This document shows positions 53,255 to 64,000 of a stretch of DNA of 64,000 bases, piece after piece. The translations under genes and the position numbers were made by a program. The DNA is taken from the NCBI GenBank assembly GCA_000004695.1, contig CM000150.2:2240001-2304000 (forward strand), in the 5' to 3' direction. Position 1 is the stretch's first letter, and each line of letters opens with the position of its first letter. Under the pieces are notes generated by a model. It was not told the origin of the DNA, searched no databases, and was given only the letters and a program-made list of their open reading frames with translations. The DNA comes from Dictyostelium discoideum (lineage: Eukaryota).

Positions 53255-53302
<48 letters not shown>

Positions 53303-53953
53303 CAAACAACTCAAATACCTGATGAACAATCTGAAATAACCTTTATATCTCCAATGGATATCAATAAATCAAATAGTTCTCCAACTATTAATACACCAAT
53401 AACATCACCAACAACAACAAATACAACAACAACTGATTCATCACAAACATCAAAAACTACAGAACAACCACAACAACCACAATCACCAGATATTGTATCG
53501 AAAATTTTCCAAGGTCAATTAAAAAGTGAGATTATCTGTTCAAATTGTAACAATAATGTCTCTAGAATTGAACCATTTTTAGAGTTAACATTGGATGTTC
53601 CAGTGTTTAATCAACCAAAAAAGATAACTAGAACAAGAAAGAAATTGGCAATTGATACCACCACCACCGATTCTGATGGTAGCACATCAAATAATAATAT
53701 TTATAATCTTGAAAAATCATGTACATTGGAAGACTGTATTCAATTCCTAACAAAACAGGAAATGTTGGAAGGTAAAATGTATTTCTGTGAAGCTTGTAAA
53801 TCAAAACAAGATGCTAAAAAACAATTCACTATTCAATCATTACCAAATATCTTGTGTATCGTTTTAAAAAGATTCTCTTGGGCTCATTCAAGTAGTTCAA
53901 AAATAACAACCAAAGTTAAATTCCCTTTCGAATTGGATTTAACTCCTTTTGTA

Positions 53954-54020
<67 letters not shown>

Positions 54021-54601
54021 GTAATAATAATGATAATAGAAATAATGAAAATGACAAAACTGGAAGCAGTTCAAGTACTGATTCTGGGGTTGAAATTAAA
54101 GATCAATTACAAGAAGATGGAGATAAAAGTACATCAGCAAGTGAAGATTTGGATGATGGTATAGAATTTATAACAAATCCAATGCAGAGTGTCACTACTA
54201 ATACTAATAATACTACTACTACAACCACTACTGCCACTGATTCTGAATCACAATCAGATATTTTAACAATTCCTCAAATATCAAGTGATCAGGGTGAAAG
54301 TAATGAAAACAATGAAAATAATAAAAATGATAATAGTAATAATGATCAATCATCATCAACAACAACAACATCAACAAATGTAATTAACACTTATGAACTT
54401 TTAAATGTTATCAATCATCATGGATCGGGATTATTTTCAGGTCATTATACTGCATTTTGTTTTAATGATCAACAAGAGATTTGGGTTCATTATAATGATA
54501 GTAGATCAAGAATAGTGGCAGCTGAAGAAGTTATCGAAGATTCACAATCAAATGCTTATATTTTATTTTACCAAAGAAAAGAAATACCAACTAATCAATA
54601 A
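47976..54601 (+). CDS. Ubiquitin-specific protease (C19/USP) with an N-terminal zf-UBP (BUZ) finger and very long low-complexity inserts, about 2125 aa. Exons 47976..50947, 51034..51153, 51316..54601.
   Basis: zf-UBP: CPHLTHLRY...WKCTDCHYTHPLFLCLTCNKITCGTFKHKHVSAHYKSSNHPLVFGIKDKFCYW, continuing across a GTAAGT...TATAG intron into C|FICKKFVENDNDEGELELLRGIAYE (mini-exon). A GTATGT donor at 51154 and a TATCAG acceptor at 51314-51315 follow. The USP Cys box is GLRNLGNTCFMNTILQSLSN. The His box is INHHGSGLFSGHYTAFCF...AYILFYQR. All phases are consistent, and the total of 6378 nt is divisible by 3. Confidence 0.8.
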
Positions 54602-55153
54602 TATAAATAAATATAAAAATAAAAATAAAAATAAAAAAAAAATAAAAAAAACATAAAAATAGCAAAAAATATATTTTATCGAACAAAAAAAAAAGACAAA
54701 AAAAAAATATCCAAATATCGATTTCTTTTTTTTATTTTTTCATTTTTTTTTATTGTAAACTAATTTTTTTTATTTTTAATATAAATTTAGTATATAAAAG
54801 CACTCAAAAAATACACAAAATCATAAAAAATAAAAAAAAATAAATATAACCATTCTGTTTTTTTTAATTTTCCCAAATGGCAAATGTTTTAATCAATATT
54901 ATTTTTTTTTTTTTTTTTGTAAAAATTAAAATAAAAAATAAAAAATGAAAAATAAAAAATAAAAAATAAAAAAAAAAAATTAATTTTTTGAAATTTTATT
55001 AACCACATTAACCCTCCCTTCACACACAAACACATTACACAAATATTTCAAGATTAATTATTCATTCACACACTGTTAAAAAAAAAATAATAAATAAATA
55101 AATAAAAAAATAAAATAAATTAAATTAAAAAAAAAAAAAAAAATTCAAATAAA

Positions 55154-56270
55154 ATGAATAATATAAATTTAGAATTAAATAATGAATTTATAGTTATAAA
55201 TAATAATCAAAATGAATGGGTTAAATTAAATGTTGGTGGACAAATTATTCATACTACATTAACAACATTAACCAAAGAAAAAGGTAGTATGTTAGGATTA
55301 ATGTTTAAAAAAGATACAACATGGAAACACACAAGAGACGAGAATGGTTTCATTTTAATTGATGCCGATCCACGTTATTTCATGGTAATATTAAATTTCT
55401 TACGTCATGGTGAAATCGTAGTTGAACCAAATTTAAATTATTATGGTGTTTTATCATTAGCAAGATATTTTGGTTTAAATAGTTTAACTGATTTAATTGA
55501 TAATGAAGGTAAAAAGAAGAAGAAAAAAAAAAAAAAAAAAAAAAAAAAAACTATTATTAATTTTATTTTTTTTATTTTTTTTAGAAAATAATAAAAATAG
55601 TTGGTCAAATTTATTAGAAGAGAATTTTGTATCAAATGAATTAGATTATAATAGATGGATTGTTCAAAGAGATAGTCCAGGTTCAAATTTCATTTTGGAA
55701 GAAGGTAAATTTAAATTAATTAATAGAGCATATTTAGTTAGTAAGGAACAATTTAATCCAGATGATGGTGAGATTAGAATAACGGGTATTTGGACCAAAG
55801 ATTCACAAGAGGATTTCTTTCAAGTTGCAACACGTTCAGATGGTTCAAATCAAGGTTCACCTTATTTTGAAGTTAAAAATGGTATAGAATTTCATTATAG
55901 TAGAGGTCAAGCAACAATAATTGGTCGTGGTTCTATATTACCATCGGGTATGGTTAAAATTAAGAAACAAGGAGAATTCTTTTTTGGTGCTGGTGTTCCA
56001 GTTCATTTCGAAATTTTCGATGATGGTTGCACTGTTTCTTTCTCTTTATGGGAAACTACTCATAATACTAGTATCACAATTGAAACTACTTGTACAAATA
56101 AAAACTTAACAAACTATTTGGTAATTCATAATAGAGAGAAAATTAATACAAATAGTATGTCCTCTTGGATTTCAAATTTGAAGGTTTCAAGATGGGATAA
56201 ATCAACACCACGTAGAAATCGTTATAGAAGATTAACTGATAAGAGATTAAATTTAAATACTAGTATGTAA
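55154..56270 (+). CDS. BTB/POZ (KCTD-type T1 tetramerisation) domain protein with a C-terminal beta-rich domain of unknown family. Exons 55154..55508 and 55585..56270.
   Basis: VKLNVGGQIIHTTLTTL...GFILIDADPRYFMVILNFLRHGEI fits the KCTD BTB consensus. A GTAAAA donor at 55509 (phase 1) and a TTTTTTAG acceptor at 55581-55584 join ...DNE-E-NNKNSWSNLLEE. The A/T-rich intron contains an (A)n(T)n palindrome-like stretch. Confidence 0.7.
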
Positions 56271-56805
56271 ATTTTAATTTTAATTTTAAATAAAAATAAA
56301 AATAAAAAAAATAAAAAATTAAAAATAAAAAAAATCAAAATTAAAAAAATATTCACTGGGAAATCTGGACAAATCTTGGTTTTTTTTTTTTTTTGTTTTT
56401 TTCTCAAAATCCAAGTGCATGTTGTGGATCCCCAACTTTTTTATTTTTTTATTTGAAATTATAAAAAAAAATTAATTTTAAATTAATTAATAAATTAAAA
56501 AAAAAAAAACAATAAAAAAAAAAAAAATCAGTTAAACAACAAGGATTACAATAAAAACCTTTAAAAGAACACTCGGTTCTTAAATATATAAGAAAATTTT
56601 AAATAATTTAAGTGTTACTTGTGAAATTAAGTTATAAAAATAATTTAATTTAAAAAAATAATAATTTAAAAAAAAAAAAAAAACTGAACAAAGTTTCAAA
56701 TTGATATAAAAAAAAATCTCAAACAATTAAATTTCAAAACAAAATAAAAAAGACACAACAAAAATTTCAAATAAAAAAAATTAAATAAAAAAAAATAAAA
56801 CAATT

Positions 56806-57615
56806 ATGGATTCACATAAAGATATAAATTTCAGTATTTGGTTTTATGACCAAGATCTAAAAAGTTACATCAGAATTTTAAATGACAAAGGGAAAGAAAT
56901 TCAAATTGGAAATAATGAAACTAAAAATTTTAATGTTGCACTAAATCAAGATTTAAATTTTAAATTATTTTCTAAACAATATTTGGGTTTAGAAGGTTCA
57001 ATCCGTATTAATATCGACAAAGATAATGAAATAAGTTGTACCAATACAATTGATACTCCAATCTCTATGGATTTTATATATGACAAGACAAATAATATTA
57101 TAAAATTCAATATAACCAACAAAAGAAAGAATTTAAATAAAGTGGAAAATAACTCATTCTTCACTTTGGAAAAATCAACATTTGAAAGGAATGTCTCTGA
57201 AAGGAGTTATAATTCTCTTAAAGTTGTCCAAAGAAATTCAGCAAAGAAACCAATTTTTGTTGACATTGGTAATACTCGACGTATTACTATTCCACCAATT
57301 AGAAAGGTAATTGAAAAAGAAGAAATCGACTCAAAGGGAAAAATAATAAAAAAACCCACTGTAATTTGTAATTTCTCACCATTAAGTTCTGTTATATATG
57401 ATTTAACAACCTATGACAAAAATGGTAATGAATTAGGAAAAGGTTTTGTCACTATAATTTTAAACGTAAAATCTACTTTTAGCTCCAAAATATTTGAAAT
57501 TGAAAAATCAAAAATGCCTTCAAATTTAAAAATTAAATCAGTCCATCACAACGGAAAAGGTACTGAATTTATTTTTATTAATGAACATTCTTTGGTTGGG
57601 ACTGCTGCTTCTTAA
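56806..57615 (+). CDS. Hypothetical protein, 269 aa, with no recognisable domain.
   Basis: An intact ORF with Dictyostelium codon usage and an ATG in a good A-rich context. It is convergent with the kinase gene. Confidence 0.45.
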   Translation: MDSHKDINFSIWFYDQDLKSYIRILNDKGKEIQIGNNETKNFNVALNQDLNFKLFSKQYLGLEGSIRINIDKDNEISCTNTIDTPISMDFIYDKTNNIIKFNITNKRKNLNKVENNSFFTLEKSTFERNVSERSYNSLKVVQRNSAKKPIFVDIGNTRRITIPPIRKVIEKEEIDSKGKIIKKPTVICNFSPLSSVIYDLTTYDKNGNELGKGFVTIILNVKSTFSSKIFEIEKSKMPSNLKIKSVHHNGKGTEFIFINEHSLVGTAAS

Positions 57616-57754
57616 ACTTTTTTTTTTTTTCATTTTATTAAAATTGTACATTTTTTCTTTTACTTTTTTTTAACTATATTTTTTAAAAATTTATAAATAA
57701 ACTATAATTTAAGGATAATATTATCCAATATAAACCATTTTTTCATTAATATTA

Positions 57755-57798
<44 letters not shown>

Positions 57799-57917
57799 AA
57801 TAAAAGTGAAAGAAAATGTTGGAAATGATTTGATTGAAATAAATAAGGTTTTTTTTATTTTAATTTTATTTTATTTTATTTTCTTCTTTAATATTTTCTT
57901 AAAATTGATATAAAAAT

Positions 57918-62573
<4,656 letters not shown>

Positions 62574-62943
62574 TCTCGAAAATGTGTGGGGGTTTTTATA
62601 TTTTCAAAAAAACATAAAAATACCACCATACACGTTTATATATATAAAAGGTTATAATTTTTTTTTTTTTTTTTTATTGTTGCAAAATTTTGATTAAGAT
62701 TTGTTTTTTTTTTTTTTTTATTATTATTATAAAATTTTTGATTAAGATGTACTTTTTTTTTTTTTTTTTAAATTTAATTTTTTTTATATTTTTTTTTTTT
62801 TTTTTTTCTCCTACTGTTTTTTGATTTTTGATTTTTTTTTTTTTTTTTTTAATTTTTTTTAAAAAATTTTTTTTTATTTTTTAATGTGATATATAGTTAG
62901 ATTGGGTTGGGTTGATTGATATTAATACTGATTTGTGAATTGT

Positions 62944-62983
<40 letters not shown>

Positions 62984-63394
62984 TTTTAAAAATTTAATTT
63001 TATAATTATTTTTTTTTTTTTTTTTGTTTTAAAACTTAATTTTTTAATTATTTTTTTTTTCTATTTTTTTTTTCACTTTTTCTATTTTTTCTCAAAACAA
63101 AAAAATAGGAAGCCAAACGGAACTTTCTTTTGAAACATATGAACAAGCATATATGTGATTATAATTCGGCTTTTTTAGAATAAAAAAATAAATTTTATAA
63201 AAATGAAAATAATTTTTTTTCGAATTTTCGAGTGATCATTTTTTTTTTCATTTTTTGGTTCCACTCCAAGCATAAGAAGTATATTTTTTTTAAATTTAAA
63301 GTCAAAAAAAAAAATAAAAAAAAAAGAGATTTTTCTGAATCTTTTTTTTTTAATTAAAAAAGTTAAATGATTATTTTAAACATATTTAATTAAA

Positions 63395-63437
<43 letters not shown>

Positions 63438-63729
63438 CCAAAAGAATATTATTAGGAAAAATTTATTGAGGTTGCTTGTATTAGTTTAAAAAAAAAAAAA
63501 AAAGAACAAACAAAAAAAAACACTGGTGATTTGGTTATTAAAAAATAATTGCCATTAGTAAATAAAAAAATATTAAAAAAAGACTAAACAAAAAAAAACA
63601 CTGGTGATTTGGTGATTCAAAAAAAAAATAATTGCCATGAGTAAATAAAGAAATTAAAAAAAATATTAAAAAATAAAAATATAAAAAGATAAATAAGTTT
63701 CATCACATTTTTTTATTTTTAAACTTCGA

Positions 63730-63764
<35 letters not shown>

Positions 63765-64000
63765 ACCAACAGATTATTAGGGTTCGGAAAAATAAATTTA
63801 TGAGGTTGTTTTTAAAAAAAAAAAAAAAAAAAAGACTAGAAAATTAAAAATAAATAAATAGTTGTCTAAATAAATGTTAAAAGACAATCTTACAATTTTT
63901 ACGGATTAGTGATAAGATGAGCCTGGTCTTTGGGAATTTTTAAAAAAAAAAAAAAAAATCAAAAAAATCAAAAATATCTTGGCACCCAGCCGAAGAAAAA

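Overview
The window is eukaryotic nuclear DNA with the hallmarks of a dictyostelid social amoeba, very probably Dictyostelium discoideum. Background GC is extremely low, with long A/T homopolymers. (AAT)n and (CAA)n tracts encode poly-Asn and poly-Gln inside ORFs. Introns are short (70-260 nt) with GTAAGT/GTATGT donors and AG acceptors. tRNA genes are followed about 28 nt downstream by an extra B box (exB). There is no prokaryotic content, and no operons, CRISPR arrays or defence islands. I can support about 20 protein-coding genes and 2 tRNA genes. Many genes were re-joined by hand across introns, because the six-frame track splits them or reports TTG/GTG as start codons. In window order the genes are: (1) a tandem pair of giant sacsin-like HATPase-repeat genes, with the upstream copy cut by the window edge; the 680-aa ORFs in the track are their last exons; (2) a GT13 (GnT-I-like) glycosyltransferase on the minus strand; (3) a cytochrome P450; (4) two tandem S8 subtilisin-like proteases with Cys-rich, probably GPI-anchored tails; (5) a small secreted Cys-rich protein built from repeated C..MxxM..C modules; (6) a convergent pair of identical tRNA-Asp(GUC) genes, each with an exB box, 12.5 kb apart; (7) between them a Kelch/coiled-coil/RING protein, a multi-pass transporter, a protein whose only recognisable domain is a retroviral-type integrase HHCC zinc finger, and a 3-exon MUL1-like RING E3; (8) an F-box/LRR protein; (9) NAT10/Kre33 RNA acetyltransferase (2 exons); (10) a secreted GPI-like protein; (11) a ~2100-aa ubiquitin-specific protease whose zf-UBP finger is split by a 120-nt mini-exon; (12) a BTB/KCTD-like protein; (13) a hypothetical protein; (14) a 4-exon protein with ubiquitin-like, filamin-repeat, ARM and TKL-kinase domains, whose first two introns are almost entirely (ATT)n microsatellite. 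All coordinates and splice phases were worked out by hand from the sequence. Identity estimates are by eye, not computed.
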